DNA of 32,000 nt from Chlamydiales bacterium (GTDB lineage Bacteria; Chlamydiota; Chlamydiia; Chlamydiales; JAAKFR01): contig JAWLBH010000001.1 of the NCBI GenBank assembly GCA_041395025.1, positions 570,001 to 602,000 of the forward strand. Reading direction: 5' to 3'. Positions within the stretch are counted from its first letter, which is position 1. The number at the start of each line of letters is the position of its first letter. A program made the position numbers and the translations under genes. The notes beneath the pieces are model-generated. The model saw nothing but the letters and a program-made list of their open reading frames with translations, did not search any database and had not been told where the DNA came from. Below, one piece after another: positions 1-9,187 of the stretch.

Positions 1-781
1 GTAAGGATTCAGCTAGATCTCCAATTTGTCCTAGGATACCGATCAGAATGCCAATAAAAATCACTTGAATATAGGAAAAGGGTTGAAACAAATCCCCACT
101 GACTCTTTTACCAAGAAAATACACGAAGAGACTAGCAATCACTGCACCAAATAGTCCACCTAAAGCACCCTCTAAAGTTTTATTTGGACTTAACCAATGA
201 GCAAGTTTCCTTTTGCCAAAATAGCTTCCCACAAAATATCCACCAATATCGGCGCTTTTTGTAGAGACAATCAAATAAATAATCCACCAACTGCCTTGCA
301 ATTGAGGATCTATTCCTTGATATGAAAAAAAATACATGATTTTCACAAAAAAACTAAAAGGAATCCCGATATAAATAATCCCAAAAAATGAGCTTGCAAT
401 ATTTAAAAGAGGAGATTTTCGACTTATCATAAAGCGAATAAAACAACCAAATAGAGCAACTCCTAAAATAATCTCTGGAGAGTAGGATCTTAAAGAAAGA
501 TAAGTCTGCGATCCTTGCATTTTAAAAAAAATTGCAAAGATATATAAAATTACTACCAAAATACTTAAAGAGTTCGCTGGATCTAAATTTTTCTTTTTGA
601 GTAGCGCATTATACTCCCAAATCGCCATACTAGCGATTCCTCCAACAGCTCCTGTAAAGACCAACTTTAGAAGAGTATTGATCTCTGCCAAAAAAATAAA
701 AAGAGCGATTAGCAGCGCACTCATTCCATTGATGAGTGTGCGTTGTACTAAATCTTTTGCTTTCTTCGGATCCTGAATCAT
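1..781 (-). CDS. cdsA: phosphatidate cytidylyltransferase (CDP-diglyceride synthase); C-terminal end cut by the window edge
   Basis: Absent from the ORF track because there is no stop inside the window. Hand translation of the minus strand from ATG 781..779 stays open to position 1 (about 260 codons). The product looks polytopic and contains ...HWLSPNKTLEGALGGLFGAV... and ...GQIGDLAESL, the conserved CdsA signature region. Its start overlaps the uppS stop in an ATGA (778-781). Confidence 0.85.
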   Translation of the reverse strand, partial: MIQDPKKAKDLVQRTLINGMSALLIALFIFLAEINTLLKLVFTGAVGGIASMAIWEYNALLKKKNLDPANSLSILVVILYIFAIFFKMQGSQTYLSLRSYSPEIILGVALFGCFIRFMISRKSPLLNIASSFFGIIYIGIPFSFFVKIMYFFSYQGIDPQLQGSWWIIYLIVSTKSADIGGYFVGSYFGKRKLAHWLSPNKTLEGALGGLFGAVIASLFVYFLGKRVSGDLFQPFSYIQVIFIGILIGILGQIGDLAESL

Positions 782-1545
782 CTCCCCCGACGTCGACTGC
801 GTTTTTGGAAATCTAGCACAGAATGCATTAGATCACGAGGAGTAAAGTCAGGCCATAGAATATCTGTCATATAAACTTCTGTATAGGCAATTTGCCAAAG
901 AAGAAAATTACTCAGACGCTCCTCTCCACCAGTCCGAATGAGTAAATCAGGATCACCATAAGGCGCTGTATCTAAATAACGATTAATCGTTTCTTCTGTA
1001 ATCTGATCTTTATTCAATTCTTCTCTTTCCATAGCCTTTATGATTGAGAGAAATACTCGACGTATTTCATCCCTTCCACCGTAATTCATAGCCAAAACAA
1101 AATCCATTGCTGTTTCTTTTAAGGTAGCTTCACATGTTGTTTCAATTTCTTTTCTCATTTCTTCTGGGAAGGGCGTGAGATCTCCTATTGTGCGAAATCT
1201 AATCCCCATCTTCACCATTTGCTGCCGATATTTACGTAAATATTTCGTATAAATCATCATCAGATTGCGAATCTCGCTCTTAGGCCTTTGCCAATTTTCT
1301 GTTGAAAAACAATAAATTGTGAGCACTTTTATCCCTAAATCAAATGCCCCTCTCAAAATTTTTGTAACAATTGATGCTCCAATCCAATACCCTTTGATCA
1401 AACTAAAAGAAGAGTGCTGTTTAGCCCATCGCCGATTTCCATCAGGAATAATTGCAACATGCTTTGGGACCGGATGTCTCTGAACTAAACGAAGATCTGC
1501 ATCAGTATAGATAGAAGATTGGTGAATAAACTCAAAAACAGACAC
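778..1545 (-). CDS. uppS: undecaprenyl-diphosphate synthase (cis-prenyltransferase)
   Basis: 255-aa ORF with the motifs HVAIIPDGNRRWA and ...RTGGEERLSNFLLWQIAYTE... typical of UppS. The start codon at 1545 is GTG. cdsA lies directly downstream, the usual uppS-cdsA pairing. Confidence 0.93.
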   Translation of the reverse strand: MSVFEFIHQSSIYTDADLRLVQRHPVPKHVAIIPDGNRRWAKQHSSFSLIKGYWIGASIVTKILRGAFDLGIKVLTIYCFSTENWQRPKSEIRNLMMIYTKYLRKYRQQMVKMGIRFRTIGDLTPFPEEMRKEIETTCEATLKETAMDFVLAMNYGGRDEIRRVFLSIIKAMEREELNKDQITEETINRYLDTAPYGDPDLLIRTGGEERLSNFLLWQIAYTEVYMTDILWPDFTPRDLMHSVLDFQKRSRRRGR

Positions 1546-1577
1546 TATTTTCCCTTTGACTATTGGTAAAAAGCAAC

Positions 1578-1606
1578 TTGATTATCTGGGTTTTAAGAAA
1601 TATAAT
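1578..1606 (+). promoter_or_regulatory. sigma-70/66-like promoter candidate upstream of secDF
   Basis: TTGATT (1578-1583), a 17-nt spacer, then a perfect TATAAT (1601-1606). This is a sequence match only, in AT-rich DNA where such matches arise by chance, and it implies a 5' UTR of about 150 nt. Confidence 0.3.
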
Positions 1607-1705
1607 TAATGAAATTCCAATAAAGATTACATTTTTTTAACTGATTGAAAATACAGAAAGTTTTAATAAAATTCCAATCCGGAATCACAATAACATCACG
1701 AGAGA

Positions 1706-1734
1706 TTGACAGATAGAAAAGTAACTGCTATCTT
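1706..1734 (+). promoter_or_regulatory. second sigma-70/66-like promoter candidate upstream of secDF
   Basis: Perfect -35 TTGACA (1706-1711), a 17-nt spacer, then TATCTT (1729-1734), about 30 nt before the start codon. A GGAAAGGA SD-like element follows. Confidence 0.3.
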
Positions 1735-1765
1735 TCCAAAACCATTGTAGGAAAGGATAGTAATT

Positions 1766-4700
1766 ATGGAAAAACAGAAACGGTGGCAACTTTTTTTTAT
1801 CTTAGCAGTTCTTTTTCTGACCATCTATAACATTTTACCAACATTATTTTACTATTCCAAACCACTTAAAAAACCTATTGGACCCGTAGAAGCTGAAAAA
1901 GTTGCATGCGATATTATTGCACGTGTCAATAAATTAGAAGGCTTTACCCTTAGTTGGTTAAGGGCTCAAAGTAAAAATTTGGGACTTAAGCCTTTAGAAA
2001 TTAAATTAGATAAAGAGGATCCTCGCCTTGTTCAAATGCGTTTTCAAAACCAAGAAGAGGCAAGTTTCTTTTCAAAAACCCTCTATCGCGCTGGGGCTTT
2101 AATTCCATTTACTCCTGCTCAACTTTCCAGTGATCCTTCATCTAGTCAAGAAGAGAATAGGACGGTAGGAGTTCAAAGGCATGTGGGGATTCACTTTGAT
2201 CAAAATAAGGTGGATACTTACTTTACTTTTATTCCTAAGATCACAAAAGAAGGCGATATTTCTCCTGAGTACCGCGACCTAATTTATGATCGTTCTGTTG
2301 AGCTCGCACTTGGATTTGGTGGATTGAGTCATCCGGGTCGAATCATGATTGAAATTGCTCAAGAAAAAGAAAATGATGAAGAAGTTATCCACCTGGCTCG
2401 TAGTCTTCTTGAATATGAAAATGCTTTTGGAGATGAAAACCCTATTACCAAAAGATATTATGAGAGCTTTACTCAAGTTCCGGACTCTTTTTCTCAAGCT
2501 GAGCTTATTCAAAAATTTATTAGAAAGCTTGAAGCAATTGACCAGAATCTTACTTCAGCGATTGCAAAAATTCAAGAAGAACAGAAAGATTTAAAAACCA
2601 AGGGAAAATTTTTAGATTCTTTTCAAGAACAACAGCTTGAGGTTTTTGAGAACCAAAAAAAAGTGATCAATGCTGCAACTATCATTGTTCGTCGCAATAG
2701 CACAGTTTTTGAAAAAGGGACTCGTCCGCTTGAAAGAGGTTCCATTCTTGAGTTACTATCAACCTCTATTTTACAAGATAGATTACAATCCATTGACATT
2801 GGGAAACGTAATCCTTTTATCAAATCTATCGAAATCGAATGGAATAAAGATCAGCTCACAATTCTACTCCATCCAGAAGTCAATGAAATGCGTGCCATCG
2901 AAGCCAATTCAGAAATTGAAGCTATTCGCCAAGAAACACTAGATAAACTCCTCTTTAGTACCATCTCTACTGCTTCACAAATGTCAGGAGAAACAATTAA
3001 ACCTTCTCTCAAAAATTTTGCTGTTACACTTAATCAATTAACCAATAGTTCTAGTTTACTAAGGTTTGATATTGGGGCAGTTGCAGCAATTGAATCTAAA
3101 ACTATTGCAAATATGCTGAAAAATCGCTGGCAACCAAAAGAAGGCGAACTCTCAAGTGATTCTTATCCACTTTATTTCTATGAAGAATTTAAACATCTCC
3201 CACCTCAAGAGAAAAAATTGGGAATAGTTATTTATGCACCTGCCATGGAATCTACTCCTGAAATAGGATTTCGAAACAATTCAATCTATGTGATTGCACG
3301 TGGACTCAACGCAATACGAGAAAAATATCAAAATTTACCTGATAGTCATATAAAGAGTCTCTTCGAACAAGAATTCCATGCTCTTCAGGACTTAATGCGA
3401 AAAAATGGCTTTATTGCTTACCCAGGAAAAGCTTCTAATCTGCCTATTTCCTATAGAAACGACTATATCTTCGAACTCGATGACTACTATTCCTACTTAA
3501 TTGCAGCTACACGAGAAGATTTTTCAATTAAGGGGAGTAAACATTATGCCACTTTAGAATTCACTGATATTGAACAAAGAATTCTTGCTCTCAATAAAAT
3601 TGAGACACAGATCCATGAGGATCTAATTAAATGGCATGATGAATACCGTCAAACTCGTGCTTCTATAGATCCAAAAGCAAGATATGATGTTCCTCCGCCG
3701 ATAAAAAATGTCTTATGGGATAATTTAAAGCTAAGCTTTGTAAAATATTTTCGTGGAGATGAACGGAAAATTCTCAAATGGGGTCTTGATCTATCGGGTG
3801 GTAAGACAGTACGGATTGGTTTGCGAGATCAAAATCATCAGTTAATTACCAATGAAGCTGATCTTAAACAAGCTGTTAATGAGCTCTACAAACGTGTGAA
3901 TCGTCTAGGTCTTTCGGAAGTTGGAATTCGTACTGAAGGGGCTACAATGGTACTGGATTTTCCTGGTTCCCAAGGTTTATCTGCCCGTGATTTGATTCAA
4001 GCTTCAGCAATGTATTTTCATGTTGTAAATGAAAAATTTACTGCAAATAATCCAATTCTTGGAGAAGCAGTCAATGCTTTTCTTGAAGAAGTTTGGAACG
4101 AAGCAGTCATCATGAATCGCACAGATCCTGAAAGTTTAAATGAAATTGCATGGAAGCATTTAGGCGGTAGTCAAGATAGTCTTGATGATTTTCATCCTTT
4201 AACGAGTCATGCTCAACTTCTTTATGAACATGGTTTGCGTTTTGCAGGTCCAAAATCTCCACCTAGTTCAAGTGGATTTGATGATTCACTCTCTGCAATC
4301 TCCCTTTTTCGAGGAGCAGACTATGTGGATTGGCAGGGTCAAACTTATCCTCTTCTTATTATCTTTCGCAATTATGCTCTTGAAGGTTCAAATTTGGACA
4401 ATATTCATACGGGTTATGATCCCTCAGAAGGCAATACTCTTCAATTTGGGATCAAAAGCTCTTCTCTAAGCAGAAGTGGTGAAAAAATCAATCCACGTGA
4501 TGATTTCTATAGCTGGACTTCTCACTTTTCTGAAGAGAAAATTGGCAATACTCCAAAAGAAGCATTTTCTCAGGGACGAGGATGGCGCATGGCTGTGATC
4601 CTTAACGGTTCAATTATCAGTGCTCCTGCTCTTAACTCTCCTTTAAGAGAAAGCGCACGGATTACAGGACATTTTTCACAACGAGAAATCAATCAACTTG

Positions 4701-6313
4701 CTGCTGATCTTAAGGCAGGTTCTCTTAGGTTTACCCCTTATATTCTCTCTGAAGAAAATATCAGTCCTGATTTAGGTAAAGAACAACGCATACAAGGAAT
4801 CTTTGCCGCTCTTCTTGGTCTTACACTTGTCTTTTTAGTGATGATTTCCTACTACCGATTTAGTGGTCTAATTGCCTCTCTTGCGGTCTTATTCAATCTA
4901 CTGATTATTTGGGGTGTACTACAGAATCTTGGTTCTGCACTTACACTCCCAAGTATTGCGGGCGTGATCTTAGCAGTAGGGATGTCGGTTGATGCAAATG
5001 TGCTAGTTTTTGAAAGAATCCGTGAAGAATTTTCTATTTCAAAACGACTTCCTTCTTCTTTAGCCGCAGGTTATCGGAAAGCTTTTAGCGCAATTCTTGA
5101 TTCAAATCTAACTACAATTCTTGCAGCTCTTATTCTGCTGAATTTTGATGCTGGTCCAGTCAAAGGATTTGCTCTTACACTCATTATTGGGATTATTTCT
5201 TCAATGTTTACCTCCCTATTTGTCACACGCTATTTTTTCGCTGGCTGGATTCAAAATCCAAAGCATAAAATACTAAAAATGATGAGTCTCTTTGGTAAGA
5301 CAAAAATCGATTTCTTAAAAAATGCACGATTCGCGATCACTTTTTCGATGATTTTAGTAGTGATAGGATTGGGTTTTCTTCTGAAAGAATGGAAGACCAT
5401 CTTTGGAATAGACTTTACGGGTGGATATGCTTTAACAATCGATCTAAAAGAACAACCTACAATAGATTATCGTACAGCTGTTGAAAAAACTTTAAATCAG
5501 ATGGGAGCCTATCCTAGTGATTTTCAAATTAAGGAACTTAATAAACCTAATCAACTCCGGATCCAATTGGGGATGAGCATGGAGGAAGAAGGAAAACCGT
5601 TTCACAATATTGATGAACAAATTGCCATCGAAAATGTGCTTTTCCCTTATCAAAGGAATCCACGCATTCAATGGATTGTCAATGGATTACAAAATCATGG
5701 ATTAGAGTTAAATCCCCATTCTCTACCCCATCTCAATCTCTACTGGACAGCAATGAGTGGACAATTATCTGAAACAATGCGCAATCAAGCTTTGATTGGT
5801 CTAGGTTTAGCATTGTTATCTATTTTGATCTATATTACCTTTCGATTTGAGTTTAAATATGCAATCAGTGCCACTCTAGCGCTAGCTCATGATCTGTTGA
5901 TTACGATAGGTCTCCTTGCTCTTCTTCACCTTTTTTTCGAAGGGATTAAAATTGATCTTCAAGTGATTGCTGCGCTAATGACGATTATTGGCTATTCTTT
6001 GAATGATACGATTATCATTTTTGATAGAATTCGTGAAGATATTCGCATTCTGAGAAAGCTGACATTTTCAGAAATAGTCAACCATGCATTAAATGCTACC
6101 CTTACTCGTACTGTAATGACTTCAGGAACAACTCTAGTAGTTTTACTTGCACTTGTGACTTTTGGCGGTAGATCTATTTTTAATTTTTCTCTCATTATGA
6201 CTTTAGGTGTCATAATTGGAACCCTGTCGTCTCTTTATATTGCTGCTCCGATTTTAATTTATTTTGAAAAGTTGGAAGTGAATCAGAAGGTTTTGTCTTC
6301 TAAGAAGAGCTAA
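1766..6313 (+). CDS. secDF: fused protein-export membrane protein SecD-SecF with a greatly expanded periplasmic region
   Basis: 1515-aa ORF. It opens with a SecD-type N-terminal TM (WQLFFILAVLFLTIYNILPTLFYY). The canonical SecD motif LKWGLDLSGGKTVRIGL appears only after about 640 aa. Two 6-TM blocks carry ...GMSVDANVLVFERIREE... (SecD) and ...GYSLNDTIIIFDRIRED... (SecF) in one frame. Confidence 0.95.
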   Translation: MEKQKRWQLFFILAVLFLTIYNILPTLFYYSKPLKKPIGPVEAEKVACDIIARVNKLEGFTLSWLRAQSKNLGLKPLEIKLDKEDPRLVQMRFQNQEEASFFSKTLYRAGALIPFTPAQLSSDPSSSQEENRTVGVQRHVGIHFDQNKVDTYFTFIPKITKEGDISPEYRDLIYDRSVELALGFGGLSHPGRIMIEIAQEKENDEEVIHLARSLLEYENAFGDENPITKRYYESFTQVPDSFSQAELIQKFIRKLEAIDQNLTSAIAKIQEEQKDLKTKGKFLDSFQEQQLEVFENQKKVINAATIIVRRNSTVFEKGTRPLERGSILELLSTSILQDRLQSIDIGKRNPFIKSIEIEWNKDQLTILLHPEVNEMRAIEANSEIEAIRQETLDKLLFSTISTASQMSGETIKPSLKNFAVTLNQLTNSSSLLRFDIGAVAAIESKTIANMLKNRWQPKEGELSSDSYPLYFYEEFKHLPPQEKKLGIVIYAPAMESTPEIGFRNNSIYVIARGLNAIREKYQNLPDSHIKSLFEQEFHALQDLMRKNGFIAYPGKASNLPISYRNDYIFELDDYYSYLIAATREDFSIKGSKHYATLEFTDIEQRILALNKIETQIHEDLIKWHDEYRQTRASIDPKARYDVPPPIKNVLWDNLKLSFVKYFRGDERKILKWGLDLSGGKTVRIGLRDQNHQLITNEADLKQAVNELYKRVNRLGLSEVGIRTEGATMVLDFPGSQGLSARDLIQASAMYFHVVNEKFTANNPILGEAVNAFLEEVWNEAVIMNRTDPESLNEIAWKHLGGSQDSLDDFHPLTSHAQLLYEHGLRFAGPKSPPSSSGFDDSLSAISLFRGADYVDWQGQTYPLLIIFRNYALEGSNLDNIHTGYDPSEGNTLQFGIKSSSLSRSGEKINPRDDFYSWTSHFSEEKIGNTPKEAFSQGRGWRMAVILNGSIISAPALNSPLRESARITGHFSQREINQLAADLKAGSLRFTPYILSEENISPDLGKEQRIQGIFAALLGLTLVFLVMISYYRFSGLIASLAVLFNLLIIWGVLQNLGSALTLPSIAGVILAVGMSVDANVLVFERIREEFSISKRLPSSLAAGYRKAFSAILDSNLTTILAALILLNFDAGPVKGFALTLIIGIISSMFTSLFVTRYFFAGWIQNPKHKILKMMSLFGKTKIDFLKNARFAITFSMILVVIGLGFLLKEWKTIFGIDFTGGYALTIDLKEQPTIDYRTAVEKTLNQMGAYPSDFQIKELNKPNQLRIQLGMSMEEEGKPFHNIDEQIAIENVLFPYQRNPRIQWIVNGLQNHGLELNPHSLPHLNLYWTAMSGQLSETMRNQALIGLGLALLSILIYITFRFEFKYAISATLALAHDLLITIGLLALLHLFFEGIKIDLQVIAALMTIIGYSLNDTIIIFDRIREDIRILRKLTFSEIVNHALNATLTRTVMTSGTTLVVLLALVTFGGRSIFNFSLIMTLGVIIGTLSSLYIAAPILIYFEKLEVNQKVLSSKKS

Positions 6314-6401
6314 ATAGGAAAAAAAATAGCCAACTGGTGAGTTGCTTGGTATTATGTCTTATTGAGCAAATCTAACCAGAAACCTTTGATATAATAAATT
6401 T

Positions 6402-8144
6402 ATGCTACCGCCCAATGATCCAGTCTGGATCTTCCCAAAAGAAAATCCATCTTGGTTAAAAAAAATTATTCAAGAATTTCGTATCCATCCAATTTCAGCA
6501 CAAATTCTCGTTTCAAGAGGCTTTACTCAACTTGGAGATATTCATCATTTTCTTTATAGCAAGCTTCCTGATCTATACGATCCTCAACAATTTTTAGATA
6601 TGTCTAAGGCTGTGTTGCGGATTATCAGTGCGCTAAAGAAAGAAGAAGGTATTTTGATTTATGGAGATAATGATGTTGATGGCATGACTGGGACGGCGCT
6701 TTTAGTCGACTTTTTAAATAAAATTGGAGGTAGAGTTTTTTATTATATCCCCAATCCTCTTACTCAAAGAGAGGGGGTTTTCTTAGATGCTATTCACTTT
6801 GCTAAAAAGCATCACTGTAAGTTAATGATCACTGTGGACTGTGGGATCACAGCTTCAAAAGAAATTCGAAAAATTATTCATGAAAAGATTGATGTCATTA
6901 TTACTGATCATCACGAGCCTACAGATAAAATTCCTAATTGCATTGCCACTCTTAACCCTAAACTGGTTAATCAAATCTATCCTAACCGTGAGCTCACAGG
7001 TGTTGGTGTCGCATTCAAATTAACTCATGCCATCATGAATTATTTTGCTTCGCAAGGCGAACTCTGCAAAAAAAAAATTGATCTAAAAATCTTTCTTGAT
7101 CTTGTTGCACTTGGAACAATTGCTGATATGGGGGTTTTACTAGATGAAAATCGCATTTTGGTCCGTTATGGGATGAAACAACTACAAAAAACAAAACGTA
7201 TTGGACTCATCAAATTATTTCAGGTTTGTGGCCTTGAACGCAATGATTTAAGTGCCTTCGATATTGCTCCAAAAATTGCACCACGAATGAATAGCTTAGG
7301 ACGAGTAGCTGATCCCACTAAAGGAGTAGAGCTACTCCTTGTAAGAGATGAAAAAAGAGCTACTCAATTGGCAAAAGAGCTTGATCTTTTTAATACGGAA
7401 AGACAAAAAATAGAACAAATCGTCTCTGAAAATGTGGAAAAAATGTTACAAGAAAACCCTGATATTCTTAAAAACAAAGCCATTATTCTCAGTTCAAAAA
7501 ATTGGCATCCTGGTGTCATTCCTATCATCGCGGCTCGAATTGCAAAACTCTATAACAGACCAACTGTGATTATTGTCATTGATAAAAAAATCGGTAAGGG
7601 TTCAATTCGAACAATTCGTGAATTTCCTCTTCTCCGGGTTTTAAAAAAATGTAGCGATCTTTTCCTGAATTATGGAGGACATGATTATGCTGCAGGTTTA
7701 ATGATTAAGGAAGAAAATATTAGTCGATTTAAACAACGATTTCTTGATGAAGCAAACTCTTTTTTAGAAGAACAGGATATTATTCCAAAGATCTTCCTCG
7801 ATGCTTATGCAGATTTTAAAGATTTAACTTACGATCTCTTAGCTTCACTTGAGCTCTTAGAACCGTATGGTAATGAAAATCCTCCACCTATTCTCTATTG
7901 CCAGGCACGACAAGCTTGGCCACCAAAAATTATTGGAGGAATGCACTTAAAACTTTACCTAGAACAAGGAGATCGTATGTTGGAGGGAATTGCCTTTGGG
8001 ATGGCCGAAAGACGTAATCAATTAAGAAAAAAAGAACTCACTATTCAAATAGCCTATACTCCTCAAATTAACCGCTTTCACAATAAAAGCAGTATTCAAC
8101 TGCTCATTCGAGATTTTCGAATCATAGAAACAGAGAGTCAATAG
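6402..8144 (+). CDS. recJ: single-stranded-DNA-specific exonuclease RecJ
   Basis: 580-aa ORF with the DHH-family motifs YGDNDVDGMTG, TVDCG and ITDHHEP, plus the DHHA1 motif YGGHDYAAG. Confidence 0.93.
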   Translation: MLPPNDPVWIFPKENPSWLKKIIQEFRIHPISAQILVSRGFTQLGDIHHFLYSKLPDLYDPQQFLDMSKAVLRIISALKKEEGILIYGDNDVDGMTGTALLVDFLNKIGGRVFYYIPNPLTQREGVFLDAIHFAKKHHCKLMITVDCGITASKEIRKIIHEKIDVIITDHHEPTDKIPNCIATLNPKLVNQIYPNRELTGVGVAFKLTHAIMNYFASQGELCKKKIDLKIFLDLVALGTIADMGVLLDENRILVRYGMKQLQKTKRIGLIKLFQVCGLERNDLSAFDIAPKIAPRMNSLGRVADPTKGVELLLVRDEKRATQLAKELDLFNTERQKIEQIVSENVEKMLQENPDILKNKAIILSSKNWHPGVIPIIAARIAKLYNRPTVIIVIDKKIGKGSIRTIREFPLLRVLKKCSDLFLNYGGHDYAAGLMIKEENISRFKQRFLDEANSFLEEQDIIPKIFLDAYADFKDLTYDLLASLELLEPYGNENPPPILYCQARQAWPPKIIGGMHLKLYLEQGDRMLEGIAFGMAERRNQLRKKELTIQIAYTPQINRFHNKSSIQLLIRDFRIIETESQ

Positions 8145-8177
8145 ATGACTAAAAAAATCAGTTAACTAGAAAATTTT

Positions 8178-8215
8178 AAAAAACATCCATAAAAGAGATG
8201 ATATGGATGTTTTTT
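8178..8215. terminator. bidirectional intrinsic terminator between convergent recJ and the euo-like gene
   Basis: A perfect 9-bp stem, ACATCCATA (8183-8191) pairing with TATGGATGT (8202-8210), with a 10-nt loop. An A6 run lies upstream and a T6 run downstream, so a hairpin plus U-tract is present on both strands. Confidence 0.7.
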
Positions 8216-8229
8216 AAGTAAAAATTTAT

Positions 8230-8700
8230 TTAACCAACTTGCTTCTGTTTAGATACTTTCTTATCTAAGTAATCATTTTTATAACGAAGCACCTCGTCTT
8301 TATGAATGACCCAAGCAGATCCCTTACGAGACCCATTGATCATCCCTGCACGGGTTGCATAGTAAATTTTTTGAACAGGAACATCTAGCATCCGAGCAAC
8401 TTGGTTGATCGAATAATATCCTCTTTCATTATCAAAAAGCAATTCCCCATCGTACATAGATTTAGATCGAGAATACTTATTGTTACGATAGTCTTCTAAA
8501 TCTCTTAAATCGATTTCCCAACGGGTCTTTTTGATGGCTCTTAGCTTTTGCTGCTTAATTGCAACGTAAATAGCTTGCCTAGTTACCTGATTGATTTTTG
8601 CAGCCTCTGTGATCGAAACGACCTTTCTGTCTTCCATATTCTCAGAAGAGGCCTCGGGATCCAGAGAATGCATGTTATGCATCTCTTTCTTTAATTCCAT
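8230..8700 (-). CDS. euo: tandem helix-turn-helix (excisionase/MerR-like) DNA-binding protein, probable Euo homologue (chlamydial late-gene repressor)
   Basis: 156-aa ORF with two copies of an HTH_17-like unit: VSITEAAKINQVTRQAIYVAIKQQKLRAIKKTRWEIDLRDLEDY and YSINQVARMLDVPVQKIYYATRAGMINGSRKGSAWVIHKDEVLRY. It sits between recJ and tsp/gltX, as euo does in Chlamydia (from memory). An AGGGAG SD lies 8 nt upstream. The CDS itself is firm; the euo assignment rests on context. Confidence 0.65.
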   Translation of the reverse strand: MELKKEMHNMHSLDPEASSENMEDRKVVSITEAAKINQVTRQAIYVAIKQQKLRAIKKTRWEIDLRDLEDYRNNKYSRSKSMYDGELLFDNERGYYSINQVARMLDVPVQKIYYATRAGMINGSRKGSAWVIHKDEVLRYKNDYLDKKVSKQKQVG

Positions 8701-9187
8701 TTTTCACTCCCTAAGGTTTTTTTAGTTTTTCACAATAACTTGTTCTTAGCCATATGGAGCATCCTTTCTTAGTCGTTTCTTCCATAATGAATAACTACCG
8801 ACACCCCGATATCATTTCTCTGTTAAATTATTTTAAGTTATTATAATTTAATCTTTTGAGCTCTTTATTATCTCTTAAATGTAATTTAAGAATCAAGGTT
8901 TTTTTAGTAAATTGCAAATACCTTAGCCCTTTAATTTGATGATTAAAATCATCTTTCTCTCTGTAAAAAACCTAATTTTATGCAATATTTTGATTAAGAA
9001 TTCGATTTAAATCAATCGTTTTCTTGATTTTTTATTGATTCCTGATCTTTTCTTAATAAAAAGTGTTTCTATTTATAGATTTTTATGAATTTGTAATTGA
9101 ATACGTTGATGAAAACCTTGTTTTAATCTTTATAAAATCTTAATTATCTGTACAATAAATCTCTTCTTAAAGGATGATTAGGAAATT

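Noticed and set aside
2279-2942. Four short ORFs (77, 81, 66 and 90 aa) on both strands inside secDF, and similar ones at 4209-4469 and 5992-6213
   Set aside because: All lie in alternative frames or antisense within a 1515-aa gene that has clear SecD/SecF motifs. Their translations are low-complexity and K/L/F-rich, as expected from AT-rich off-frame reading.
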